DNA of 63,286 nt, counting the filler, from Chiloscyllium plagiosum (Eukaryota): the NCBI RefSeq assembly GCF_004010195.1. It is 6 parts of one record of this genome, joined end to end, with 100 filler letters (N's around TTAATTAATTAA, not from the genome) between each part and the next. Parts side by side here need not be neighbours in the genome. Positions count along the whole stretch, not along the records: positions 1 to 8,353 come from NC_057717.1; positions 8,454 to 22,553 come from NC_057717.1; 4 more parts are not named here. One strand, written 5' to 3'. The notes under the pieces were generated by a model that saw nothing but the letters and a program-made list of their open reading frames with translations, did not search any database and was not told the DNA's origin. Of the stretch, positions 1 to 11,266 are shown one piece after another (the stretch's first letter is position 1; each line of letters starts with the position of its first letter). Made by a program: the position numbers and the translations under genes.

Positions 1-56
1 TGTGTGTGTGTGTGTGTGTGTGTGTTTGTGTGTGTTTGTGTGTGTGTGTGTGTGTG
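1..56. repeat. (TG)n microsatellite
   Basis: Near-perfect TG dinucleotide run. Confidence 0.95.
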
Positions 57-865
57 GTTGAATGCGAAACTCATTGTTCGAGAAGGAACGCACACAGAGG
101 AAACTATTTTAAATACGAACAACTGACAGGCTTTTTGTTAATCAACAGACAGAACGAGAGAAGTTTCATGGACAGATGAGATAAAGTGTTTGAGAATGTT
201 AAAATAAAGTCATTGCCAGACACAACAGCAATATACATCGGTGTGCACATGAATGACAGATGATGGGAGTTTGGTGTGAGGTCGAATCAGATTTGCTTCA
301 GCAGGTTTGAAGCCGGGAGCGTCAGCAGCAGATTATTGGCTTCATTAAGCCTGTACTTCATAGCTCAAGGTTCAAACAGCAGATGGAATAAACCAGTGAG
401 ATATATTCTGGCGTGGTGAATATTTCAAGTTAGAAATGGTCAGGGAATGTTGTCAGGAATCAGCTCATAGTCAAAGAGATTTCCCACAGTTGTGACTTGT
501 CTGCTTCAGCTGCAGATATTGGCCAGGGATGGGATGGAAACAGTGGAAGGAAGTGGAGTTTGTAACCAGAGTAGTAGACAGTGACCTCCATGCTCTTAAC
601 AGCAAAGGCAATGATATAATGCATTGTGGTTCTCCCCTAAACTGAATAGATCAACATAGAGACCCATGAGTAACACTGCCAGAGCAGAGGAAGACAGTAA
701 TTGAACACGTTCATTGATGTAGTTAGTAGTGGTCTGTAGAGTAAATATCTGGATTGAGAGATTCAACAGGATAATAATAGTGGCAAGATGTGTAGACGAT
801 ATGAAAGAACAATAATACAGTCATAACTGGGTTATAGAAAACAAAATCTGGACAGTGACACTCAC

Positions 866-1337
866 CAGGAACACCAACAATAGTCAGGAAGGGATAATAA
901 AAATATTAAATAATGAGAAGAGCGTAATAGATCAGCGATGATAATGACTACCAATAAAATACAGAAAGACACCAAACATAATCGGATAAGCTCCTGTCTA
1001 TTGTTGGAACATTCCAGTCTAATGTTCTCAGATACTGATCCATTGTTTGAATATTCCAGTCTAATGTTCTCAGATACTGATCCATTGTTTGAATATTCCA
1101 GTCTAATGTTCTCAAATTCTGATCCATTGTTGGCACATTCCAGTCTAATGTTCTCAGATTCTGATCCATTGTTGGCACATTCCAGTCTAAGGTCCTCAAA
1201 TTCTGATCCATTGTTGGCACATTCCTGTCTGATGTTCTCAGATTCTGATCCATTGTTGGAATATTCCTGTTTAATGTTCTCAAATTCTGATCCATTGTTG
1301 GCACATTCCAATCTAATGTTCCCAGATTCTGATCTCT
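866..1337 (-). pseudogene. Disabled exon 1 of a GPR139/GPR142-like GPCR with a tandem-repeat N-terminus
   Basis: The frame of ORF 948..1304 reads (DQNLRTLDWNVPTM)n...IDRSLSDYVWCLSVFYW*SLSSLIYYALLII*YFYYPFLTIVGVP-G|GTGAGT, with the donor at 865. The ending VGVP-G plus phase-1 donor matches exon 1 of the intact gene at 45932-45998. There are two in-frame stops (TAG 950-948, TAA 908-906). Exon 2 would lie left of the window. Confidence 0.8.
999..1335. repeat. 42-bp tandem repeat (2 x 21-bp subunits), ~8 copies
   Basis: Unit is approximately ACATTCCAGTCTAATGTTCTCAGATTCTGATCCATTGTTGGC. The 14-aa periodicity shows in three ORFs. Confidence 0.95.
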
Positions 1338-2164
1338 CCTCCCCCTCTCTCTGGATCTGCTGATCCCTGCCAGTGCTGTCGGTGATGCACGCGCTCATGT
1401 TATGGAATAACACATTGAACGAAGCCCATTTATCATTGAAAGATGGAAACCCTCCACTGGCATAATTAGGATCCATAGCGATTGGCATTAATCGCACTTA
1501 CTGAACAAATAGGCTCAGTTAACCTGTTCAAGACATCATTTTTCATTTACTGGTTTTGGATGGAATGGATGAGGGCTGCTGAGGGATGGATCATAAATCT
1601 TTAAATCTTTTAAATCTTTTTATTAATTTGTATATGGGAGTATTAACAGGACACTGCAGTGGTCTATATATGTTACACTCTGTTTATGAAAGGAGGCAGT
1701 TATAAAATAACAGATCGGCTGCATAAAAAAAGTCGGGTGGGCAAATTTCTCGATACCTGAAAACAAAAGTTCGATACTTATTGACCAGCGTGAGGCTACT
1801 CCTGGTTTTAATGCCCTGTTGCCAAATCCTTTCATAACCTTGAGACAGAGCATTGAAACTGCTGCTCAGGAACAGGCCGAATCAATTCTGTCACTATCGG
1901 CCTCTTACAGAGGGATAAGAGAAGGCCATTCAGCCCATATTAGCCTGTTGCTACTTGAAAAGGTGGAAATCTAGAATACTGGCACATTTTGCCAACAGGA
2001 TCATTCAAAACAAAGAGATGTGTGACTGCAGCTATATGAGGTGTTACTGAGAGGGCACCTGGAGTACATTGCGTTGATTGTGTTTCTGAAACTGAGAAGG
2101 GATGGACCTCCATCAGATACAGTTTAACGGCTGCTCGTAATCCACGGGTTGCTGTCTCATTTAA

Positions 2165-2310
2165 TGTCTCGGGTCTGTTACACAGGGACAGGAGGATGCC
2201 ATGAAGCCTCTTGAGTCTATTTCAGAGGGACAGGAGGAGGTCATTCAGCCTCTCAAGCCTGTTACAGAGGGGCAGGAATTGTTCATTTAACATTCAAGTC
2301 TGTTACACAT
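2165..2310 (+). repeat. Degenerate ~42-bp minisatellite (ACAGGGACAGGAGGAGGCCATTCAGCC...GAGCCTGTT type)
   Basis: 3-4 diverged units. The same family occurs at 4825-5410 and 31340-31520. Confidence 0.7.
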
Positions 2311-2319
2311 AAATATTAA

Positions 2320-4820
2320 TTTTAAACTAGTTGTGGAATAGGAAAGACCTGATGTAAACATTAAAGTTCTAACTTTGAATAAGGCCAATTTTGAAAGTGT
2401 TAGGCGAGCCCTCTGAAAGGCTGATTGGGATACCCTATTCACAGGTAAAGGGGTGGTTGGAAAATGCAAGGCCATAAAAACGTGGTTTCAGAGAGTCCAG
2501 AGCCAACGTGTTCATATTCGTGAGATGGACAAGGCTGGTGGGTGCAGGGAGTGCTGGATGGCTGGATATATTGATGCTCTGGTCAAGGTAAGTAAGTAGG
2601 CATATGTCAGGTAAACAGAGCTGAGATTAAGTGAATCCCGAGAGGAGTATAAGGGCAGTAAGTGCATAGTCAATGGGGAAATTGGGCCAGACAAATGTGG
2701 ACATGAGATGGCTTTAGAAATAGGGTTAACGAGGCATTGAAGAAATTCTACAAATCCTTTAATTGTAAAATATTAACTAGGGAGAGAATAGGGCACCTTA
2801 AAGATCAGTAAGGCTACGTATGTGTGGAACCATAGGAGATGGAACGGATACTAAATAAGTATTTTTCCTAGAATTAAATGTAGAAACGTTTACAAGAGCG
2901 AGAGAATGAAGAAATACATAGTGATATCTTGAAAAGTATCGATATTACAAGGAGATGTTGGACATTTTAAAACATATAAAGGTGAACAAAGCCCTGGGAC
3001 CTTATCAGTTGTATCCCAGAATATTGTGGGAAGCTAGGAAAGAAATTGTTCAGCCTTTTGCTGATATATCTGTAACATTGATTTCCACAGGTGAGGTGGC
3101 AAAAGACTGGAAGCTTGCTAACATAGTGTCATTATTTCAGAAATTAAGGAAAACCCAGGTAACTATAGATCGGTGAGCCTGACGTCAATGGTGACTAAAT
3201 TTTTGGAGGGGATTTTGAAGGAAATGATGTATATGCATTTAGAAAGACAAGGACAGAAGAGGTTTTTATACATTGGAGATCACATTTCACTGACTCGGTG
3301 GAAGGTTTTGAGGTAGTGATGAAGATGATTGATGAAGGCAGGGCAGTGGATGTTGGCTTTATGGAATTTAGTAAGACAACCAAAATGTTCTACATGGTAG
3401 ACTGGTTAGCAAGGTTAGACTGCCTCGGGTACAGGGAGAGCTCGCCATTTAGATCCAAAATTTTCTTGATTATCGGAGACAGGGCGTGACAGTTGGCATT
3501 TGTTCATTAAACTTGGAGACCTGTGACCAGTGGCACTGCTCGCAAAGATCAACAGTGGGTCCACTGCATTTTGTTACTTATACAAATCATTTGCACTTGA
3601 GTATATGAAGTATTGTCAGTAAGTTTGCAGATAATACCAAATTTGGTGTTGTAGTCGACAGTGAAGAATGATCTCTCAGAATATAATGGGAACTTAATTA
3701 GGTGAGCTGAGGAGTGGCAGATGGAGTTTATTTTAGATAACTGTGAGATGTTGCATTTTGGCAAGAAAATTCAGGGCCAGCCATATAGGTAGGATCCTGT
3801 CGAAAGTTGCCAATCAAGGAGAACTCCATAGAAATTATAGAATCCCTACAGTTTGGAAACAGGATTTTCGGCCCATCGAGACCGCACCATCCCTCTAAAC
3901 AGTATCCCTCTCCCTGCATTTCCCATGGCTAATGCACCTCGCCCTCACATCCAAGGGTACTATACACAATTGAGCATGGCCAATCTACCCTTACCTGTAT
4001 ATCGTTATACTGTCGGAGGGAAACATAGCACCCGGAGGAAACTCACACAGACACGGGGAGAATGTACAAACTCCACACAGTCAGTCATTCAAGGATGGAA
4101 TTAAACCCAGATCGTTGCCCTGTGAGGCATCGTGTGGTGCACGTTCTCCGTTTCTTGAAAGTGCCGTCACAGCTAGACAGCGCAGTGAAGAAGGCACTTG
4201 GTGATCTTCCCTTTATTGGAGCGTGCTTTGAGTCGAAGCATTTGCATGACGCGTTGCATCTGTGCAGGACATTGGTTTGGCCACTTTTGTAATATTGCCT
4301 TTAATTCTGGTCTCTCTGCTGTCGGAAAGATGTTGTCAAACTTGAAAGGGTGCAGAAGAGATTTAAAAGAATGTTGCAGGTGTTGGAGGGTTAGAGTTAC
4401 AGGGAAAGTTTGAATAGGCTGGGGGTATTTTCAAGTGTTGAGGATGCGTGTGGACCTTAAAGAGATTTATAAAATCATGAGGGGCATAGAAAAAGTAAAC
4501 AGTCAATGTATTTCCCCAGGATAGACGATTCCAAATATAGAATATAAAGGCTTAAGGTGAGAGGAGAAAGATTTAAAAAGGGACATGAGGGACAACATTT
4601 TCACACAGATACTGCTGTGTGTATGGATTGAACTGTCAAAAGAGACAGTGGATGCAGGTACAGTTGCACCATTTAAAAAGCATTTGGATGGATACATGCA
4701 TGAGAAGTGTGAAGAGGGAGATGGGCCAACTGCTGGCAAAGGGGACGAGATTAATTTAGGATATTTGGTTGATATAGATGACCAGACCGAAGGATCGTTT
4801 TCCGTGTGGTACATCTCTGA
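2320..4820 (+). mobile_element. Decayed CR1 (HER1-like) LINE, ORF2 to 3' end
   Basis: Peptide remnants KALGPYQLYPRILWEARKEI, DWKLANIVSLF, IDEGRAVDV.FMEFSK and KFADNTK, with many stops and frameshifts. Confidence 0.9.
3832..4145 (-). mobile_element. HE1-like tRNA-derived SINE inserted in the CR1
   Basis: The reverse complement matches the SINE at 21947 (core TTTGTACATTCTCCCCGTGTCTGTGTG). Confidence 0.8.
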
Positions 4821-4824
4821 GAGT

Positions 4825-5410
4825 CCATTGACTCTTGAGTGTTTAACACGGGAGCAGGAGGAGGCTATGCAGCTTCTGAATTCTGTCAGTCAGCTTGGTT
4901 GCTCAATTACGTTCAGTCAAATACAAAAATACATCATTCAGATTTTGCTGGTGTTTTACAGAAACAGGAGAAAGGCTTTTAGACAAGAAAAGCTGTAAAG
5001 AATGTGAAGAGGCCATTCAGTCCCTCACCTCCATTCCACAGGAGCAGCAGGTGAGCACAGAGCTATTGGAGCCTGTTACTCTGGAGCAGGAGGAGGACAT
5101 CTATTTTCACAAAACTTCGATTAGGAGGCAGTCACTCAACTGCTCGTGACTGGGACACAAGATCAGGAGGGAGTCACTCAACTGCTCGAGACTGGGACAC
5201 AAGATCAGGAGGGAGTCATCCAACTGCTTGAGACTGGGACACAGGAACAGGAGGATGTCAATCAACTGCTCGAGACTGGGACACAGGAACAGGAGGTGGT
5301 CATTGAACTGCTCGAAACTGGGACAGAGGGAAATCTAGAGGCTAGTGAGGCCCGAGGATCCTGTTACGCAGGAGCAGGAGGAGGGGACTCACTTCTCATC
5401 AGTATGGGAC
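4825..5410 (+). repeat. 42-bp minisatellite; best-preserved units at 5130-5335
   Basis: Unit is approximately CAACTGCTCGAGACTGGGACACAAGATCAGGAGGGAGTCACT. It produces the TGTQDQEGVxQLLE periodicity of ORF 5146..5460. Confidence 0.85.
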
Positions 5411-5769
5411 ACTGGGAGAGAAGGGGAGTTTGCTTGGAACAAACACAAATATATAAATAAGTTGCATTCATGGTCCACACAATCCTGCCCCAACATTCAC
5501 TAAGACCATGGCTGATCTGATTGTGATTCCCTCATTCCATTTTACGGAGACCCCCTCTCTGCAGACTCTGCTCCATTTATTGGTCATGTTGCAGACTCAG
5601 ATGCTGCAACAACAGTCACCATGACTCATCCAAAGGGTCAGGTCTACCCGGATGAGTCTGGATTTGAAGGGTCCAATAACAAGAATGAAAACATAAAATA
5701 AAGGTATAGCCAGATGTTTACTTCTCTCACATTCGCAATCCAACTCACATAACCAGCCCGTCCATTATA

Positions 5770-5958
5770 CTTTCAGGATGGAGCACTGTGTAGATATGGC
5801 TAGCGTACTGCAGAATACAACCCAGCAATGTCCAGAATGGAACTCTGTGCAGCCCACACCAATACTTGATCTATAATCATGGGCTAAATGTCCAGCGTGG
5901 GGAGCGGTGCAGACCGCAATGGTTAATTCATGTAAAAACCCAGGCTGTTGCATTTTTC
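5770..5958 (-). repeat. ~3 highly degenerate units related to the 65-bp satellite
   Basis: CCAGAATGGAACTCTGTGCAGCCCACACCAATACTTGATCTATAATCATGG aligns to CCAGCATGTAGGACTGTGTACACCACCCCAGTGCATTGATCTGTAAACCAGG. It has the same right flank as the array ending at 37520. Confidence 0.55.
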
Positions 5959-6144
5959 GGTAACACTGTGTTAGATAACCGTCCCGTGTGGGGAAACGTG
6001 CAGCCAATGTTGGAAGTGACAGCCAATGGTGCAGCTCCCATCCATTTACAGCTCCATTTCTCCACTGTGCCTTGACAAGGGGTGCCATGGATGTGAAAAT
6101 CACTGCAATGTAGAGATGTAAATGGGAACAGTTTAAATACAAAT

Positions 6145-7775
6145 AGTGCTGATTAAGGCAAGTATCACACCAGTATTTAAAGTTGAAATACCCGAGATAA
6201 TATCCAATGAGGTTTCGTGAATGGTGCAAAGTAGTTAGAGGGGGGTGGTAATATTATAGTTGTTGCACTATAATCAACATTGTGAATTCGAGGAACAAAT
6301 ATGAAGGGGGACTGGGGAGACGTGCAGGAACAATAGGGTTGTTATAATAGGTGATTTCAATTTTCCTAACATAGACTGGGACTTCCAGATGGTTAAGAAC
6401 TTAGATGGAACGTAATTTGTTAAGTGTGTTCAGCGAAGTTTCCACAATCAAAATATAGAGTATCGTACTCGGGAAGGGACAAACTCGGAAATAGGGCAGG
6501 ATAGGTGAAGTGGGGGAGCATTTTGGTAAAAGTGATTAGAGTTGTGTTAATTTTTAAATAGTTATGGTAGGGACAAAATTGGTCCACAGATTCAAGCTCT
6601 AAATTGGGGCAAGGCGGATGTTATTGGAGTTAGACAGGAGATTGCAGGGGATGATTGGAGTTGTTTGATTCCAGGTAAAAGGATCTCAGGCAAGTGGGAG
6701 GGCTTTAAAAGTGAGATAGCTCGAGGTCAAGTTTTCCATTTTCCTGTGAGGGTGAAGGTGATGTGAGACTGGAAGAGAGAACTCTGGATGTCAAGAGATA
6801 TTGAGGCTTTGACCAGAAAAAAAGGAGGCGTGGCTCATGTTCAGGCAGTTCGTATCAAGGGAACCCCTGGAGGTATACAGGGGATAGAGGAGTTTACTGA
6901 AGAAGGATATCAGCAAGGCCATAAGGGGGTATGAGGTAGTCTTGGCTGAGAAGAATATAGGGAATCTAAATTCAGTATAGTAAAGATAAAGAGCAACTAG
7001 AGAGAGAATAGCATGCTTTAAAATCCAAAACCGGCATGCATGCGTAAAACCTCAAGAGATGGGTGAAGTCCTCAATGTCCCCTCTGTGTTTATCATGAAG
7101 AAAGACATGAACATCTGTGACCTTTTGAAGATTAGTTGTCATATCTTCGTACTGTCCATATCACAGTAGAGGTGCTGTTGGACATATTAGAACGCACAAA
7201 GTCAGACAAATCTCTTGGTCCTGACCAGATATATCTAAGGGCACTGTAAGAGGCGAGAGAAAAAGCTTAGGGACCAAGATCCCGAAAGACTGGGCGGTAG
7301 CAAATGTTGTGCCCTTCTTCAAGAAGGGCTGCAAAGAAAAGCCTGGGAATATAGACCAGTAAGCTTCACACCTGTTTTCGGTAAACCACTTGAGAAGGTT
7401 CTGAGAGATAAGATGTGCATGCATTTGGAAAGACAGAGTTTGACTTGGAGCAGTCAGCATGGCTTTGTGCATGGCGGATCATGCCTTACAAATTTTGTTA
7501 GAGATTTTTGAGGAAGTGACCAGGAAGGTTGATGAGAGCAGGGTTGTAGACATATTCTATATGGATTTCAGTAAGGCCTTTGATAAGGTTCCACATCGTA
7601 GGCCGCTCGAGAAGGTTAGATCGCATGGAATCCAAGGTGAACTAGCAAATTAGACTGAGCTGCCAGTGGAAGTGGTTGAAGTGGGCACACTAACAACATT
7701 GAAAAGGCATTTGGACAAATACACAGATAGGAAAAGATTAGATGGATACAGAGCAAAGGCAGGGAAATGGCAGAT
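6145..7775 (+). mobile_element. Decayed, internally deleted CR1 LINE
   Basis: GDFNFPNIDW endonuclease motif near 6350; RT remnant VDIFYMDFSKAFDKVPH in ORF 7459..7653. Confidence 0.9.
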
Positions 7776-8169
7776 TGGTAGATAAGGGGCAATTGCACCA
7801 TGGTTTGTTGACGGGGCATGGTGGGCGTATTGGATGGGCGAGTATAGAGGGGGAACATTCTATTCCCAGAGGGTGCCACATCACCAGAACCACCGAGCAT
7901 GGTTTGTGCTCACTACCGAGTTCAGTGCAGTATTTGAGGTCTGAAGAAATGTCCAGCAATACAGGACAAGCATCAATAACCTTCCCTGCTCTGTCAGGAT
8001 AAGGGTCACCGTATTCTGTCTGCTCCCTCACAATCACTGTATATCTGTGATTGCAACTACTCCTGAACAAGGCTCATGGTCCCCCACTCTCACTACTGTA
8101 TGCAACACCTTCTCTCTCTCTTTTGCAATACCTCCCACACAGTTAGGAACATGGCATCAATTTCAAAGG

Positions 8170-8353
8170 AGGGTGCCTGTAAACAGGAAAGTGGCTTGAA
8201 GTGTGTATACTTCAATGCAAGAAGTATACGAAATAAGGTAGGTGAACTTACAGCGTGGGTTGGTACCTGGGACTTCAATGTTGTGGCTATTACGGAGACA
8301 TGGCTAGAACAGGGACAGGATTGGCTGTTGCAGGTCCCAGGGTTTAAATGTTT
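8170..8353 (+). mobile_element. CR1 ORF2 N-terminus (APE endonuclease), cut by the spacer
   Basis: LKCVYFNARSIRNKVGEL...VVAITETWL. Confidence 0.9.
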
Positions 8354-8453
8354 NNNNNNNNNNNNNNNNNNNNNNNNNNNNNNNNNNNNNNNNNNNNTTA
8401 ATTAATTAANNNNNNNNNNNNNNNNNNNNNNNNNNNNNNNNNNNNNNNNNNNN
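8354..8453. other. Artificial 100-nt contig spacer (N44-TTAATTAATTAA-N44); also at 22554-22653, 28731-28830, 43393-43492, 57663-57762
   Basis: The identical structure occurs five times. The core has stops in all six frames. Confidence 0.97.
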
Positions 8454-9185
8454 GTGTGTAATATCCACGCCGTCCTGGTTTATGCAGCCACTGGCTGCTC
8501 TGTTTGGTTCACCGTCACTTTCACCTTTGATCGGTTTGTGGCCATTTGTTGCCAGAAGCTGAAAAGTAAATATTGCAGTGAGAAAACGGCGGCTGTGGTT
8601 CTGGGAGCAGTGACTGTGCTGAGCTGTTTAAAGAACATTTCCTGGTATTTTATTCTCACGGCTCAGTATTTGGTGTTGAACCAGCCCTGGTTTTGTGATC
8701 TAACAATCGCTGTTCGACTCTCCAGTGTCTGGGTCACAATCGAGTTCCTCCACCACATTCTAACCCCGTGTGTCCCATTTCTCCTGATTCTGCTGCTCAA
8801 TGTTCTCACCGTCAGACACATTTTAGTGACCAGCAGAGCCCGCAGGAGACTCCGCGCTCACACCAATGGGGACGTTCAGTCTGACACAGAAATGAGAAAA
8901 CGAAAAAATTCCATCATTTTACTGTTTGTGATCTCGGCCAATTTCATCCTGTTATGGTCAGCGTTAATGCTGTATTTTATATGGTACCGGATGTATAATA
9001 TTGGGTATGGTTCTGTGTATCTCCATCCCCTTGTGCAAGAATTGGGCTTCATGCTGCAGCTCCTCGGTTGCTGCACAAATACCGCGATTTATGCCGTAAC
9101 CCAGACTAAGTTCAGGCAGCAGCTGAAGAATGTGCTGAAATATCCCTTCACCCAAATCAATCCATCAATCAAATTCCCTCATTAA
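8454..9185 (+). CDS. GPR139/GPR142-like orphan class A GPCR, amplicon copy 1 (partial exon 2, TM3 to C-terminus)
   Basis: 243 open codons. SVWFTVTFTFDRFVAICC (DRY-like), PWFC in ECL2, FILLW in TM6, CCTNTAIY (NPxxY-like), KFR helix 8. The 5' part is lost at the spacer. Confidence 0.9.
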   Translation: MCNIHAVLVYAATGCSVWFTVTFTFDRFVAICCQKLKSKYCSEKTAAVVLGAVTVLSCLKNISWYFILTAQYLVLNQPWFCDLTIAVRLSSVWVTIEFLHHILTPCVPFLLILLLNVLTVRHILVTSRARRRLRAHTNGDVQSDTEMRKRKNSIILLFVISANFILLWSALMLYFIWYRMYNIGYGSVYLHPLVQELGFMLQLLGCCTNTAIYAVTQTKFRQQLKNVLKYPFTQINPSIKFPH

Positions 9186-9394
9186 TCAATCCATCCGGGA
9201 TTTTCTCATTTCAGTCCAGTGTTTCAGCGATGGAGCAGCCTGTCACTGTGGTAACATAGTGAGGGTTGCGCTGGTTTGTCCGTCCTTATCCCCCAGGGGG
9301 TTACAGGGACACATTTCAATGTTTCTCACAACTCAGGGACCAGTGAGAAAAGGCACCATCCCACTGACTGTATCCATCACTTCCAGTTGTAAAC

Positions 9395-9400
9395 AATAAA
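9395..9400 (+). terminator. Candidate polyadenylation signal of GPCR copy 1
   Basis: AATAAA ~210 nt after the stop, followed by GT-rich GTTGTTGTGTGTCTTTGTGTTGG. Conserved in copy 2 (23370-23375) and copy 3 (28341-28346, minus). Confidence 0.65.
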
Positions 9401-10158
9401 AATGTTATTAAAGCGTGCCGAGCAGCAGAGTGACCGATGTTGTTGTGTGTCTTTGTGTTGGAGAAGCTGAGCTGGAGAGAGACAGACTCAGCGCCGAGTC
9501 CTGGTCCTCAGGGAAGGGCAGGGCACCGCGCCCTGAGCTCAGGAGCTGGGTTTAACTCCTTTTGTCCCTGCTTTCCCTTCTGCGTCTCCCACTCCAACTT
9601 GGCTATCAGCAGAATTCACCTTGTTGTACCATATACATTGTTGTGTAGAGCTGTTTGTCTAAGCATAAATATTGTTTTGCATTCGAGCTGATCTGTTTAC
9701 ACGTAAATATTACTGTGCATCGAACTATCTCAGTTTATTTCGACTTTTTTTTGAATGGGAACTGTTTGTTTTTAAATACAAATATTGTTGTGGATGGGAA
9801 GTGTCCATGTTTATATTTAAATCCTGTTTTGTTTTGGAGATGTTAATGCTTTTTCAGAAATATTGTTGTGCATTGGAATTGATATGAATTATATCCCAGA
9901 CCACAACAACTCGCTTTATCAAAACATCTGACCCCTTGATACCTTTTGCTCAATTCGATGGGCCCTGATATCATCAGCAACAGCACATTTGTCTTGTGTG
10001 TCAGAGAGTAGTTACATTTCACTTAAACCCTTCCTCAATATCATTAAGAAGTGATTCATCAAAGAAACAACATGTTTTTACAGTTCAACCAAATAAAATA
10101 AAATTTTGTAGAAAGTTAGAAAGATAGAATAATCTGCAGTGTATATGTCCATTCTGTT

Positions 10159-10255
10159 TCCCTTCAGTGTTAAAAATCACACAACACCAGGTGTGATTTT
10201 TAACTCTGTATACCCCAGTCCAACACAGGCATCTCCAAATCATCCCTTCAGTGTT
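10159..10255. mobile_element. Miniature Penelope-type terminal hairpin insertion with 13-bp flanking direct repeats (paralogous copy ~24034-24130)
   Basis: Hairpin GTTAAAAATCACAC-AACACCAG-GTGTGATTTTTAAC plus CCCCAGTCCAACACAGGCATCTCCAAATCA, matching the longer element at 51411-51608. TCCCTTCAGTGTT lies at 10159-10171 and 10243-10255. Confidence 0.7.
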
Positions 10256-10367
10256 GTTATTGATTTGTTTGGACTGGGAACAGGGACTGCAGTTTAGAAA
10301 TAATTGAATGAACAACAGAAAGGAATTTTTTAAAAATTTCCCTGGAATTTCTGATAAGCTTCTAAAG

Positions 10368-10500
10368 TCTGCTCTAAACCCACTAGATGGCAGACTATTG
10401 TAAACTCCCCATGGAGCAGTCAGACAGACTCACAGCAATGTGCTCTCACCCCACTAGAGGGCAGACTATTGTAAACTCCCCATGGAACAGTCACACAGAT
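10368..10500 (+). promoter_or_regulatory. 71-bp tandem repeat (2 units), each with a CTCF-like core motif
   Basis: CCACTAGATGGCAG at 10380-10393 and CCACTAGAGGGCAG at 10451-10464 fit the CTCF core CCASYAGRKGGCRS. Confidence 0.6.
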
Positions 10501-11266
10501 TCTGGACAGAGATCAGAATAAAATTACATTAAATGTATGTACTGAAGAATGCAGGATGAATGAATTGCTGACCATCACAGCGACATTGAAATACACAGAC
10601 ATCACTGCAGAGCAGTTGACCAGAGGCTAGAAACATTAATAAGCACGCACAGCAAGATCCCACAAGCAGCAATCTAACCCCACACACATCGTAGGTGATG
10701 CTGGTTAATGGTTGACGCATTTTTGTCAAATCCCAAGGTCCCAGTTACCTTATCCCCAGGTTTCAAACTTGTTCAAAAATGACAAGGCCGCAAATCGATA
10801 GGACCCGGTTACCCAGAGGTCCTGGTAAAGGCCAGCGCCCTCCCCAGAGAGAGGGGATTAAACCTCTGGGTAATACACAGACAAATCTCACCTGGGCCGA
10901 ACAGTCTTCAGCCTGTCAAACAGGCCTCAGGTCTGCGTTCCCCCTCTGGAGAAAGCTCTTGTTTGAAGGTTTCCTGCTTCCCAAACACACTTTTCAGATC
11001 GTCAAGTGGCCAGGAAGATCCCTTTTGGAGGAAAGAGGCAACATTAGTGGGAAGGCTAAACATGAAATTCTTTCACAGGGAGATAGCACAGCAAGATCCA
11101 AGGTTTTCCCCTCTCAGTGAAAAAGACAGTTTCTCAGCAACATCCAAACACAAACACGTCGGGTGATGAGTTCCGTTTGCATGTTGAAAAGTTTTTGAAA
11201 TGACGGTTTAGCTGATTCAACAACTCACTGCCTGCAACGATGGCATTAGGGCAATTGATGCACAGC

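Noticed and set aside
5146..5460. 104-aa acidic repeat protein (TGTQDQEGVTQLLE)n
   Set aside because: It is a translation of a 42-bp minisatellite whose relatives at 2165 and 31340 are frame-broken. There is no gene context.
8398..8409. TTAATTAATTAA as a biological motif such as a piggyBac target or homeobox site
   Set aside because: It is always centred in an identical 100-nt N spacer, so it is an assembly linker.
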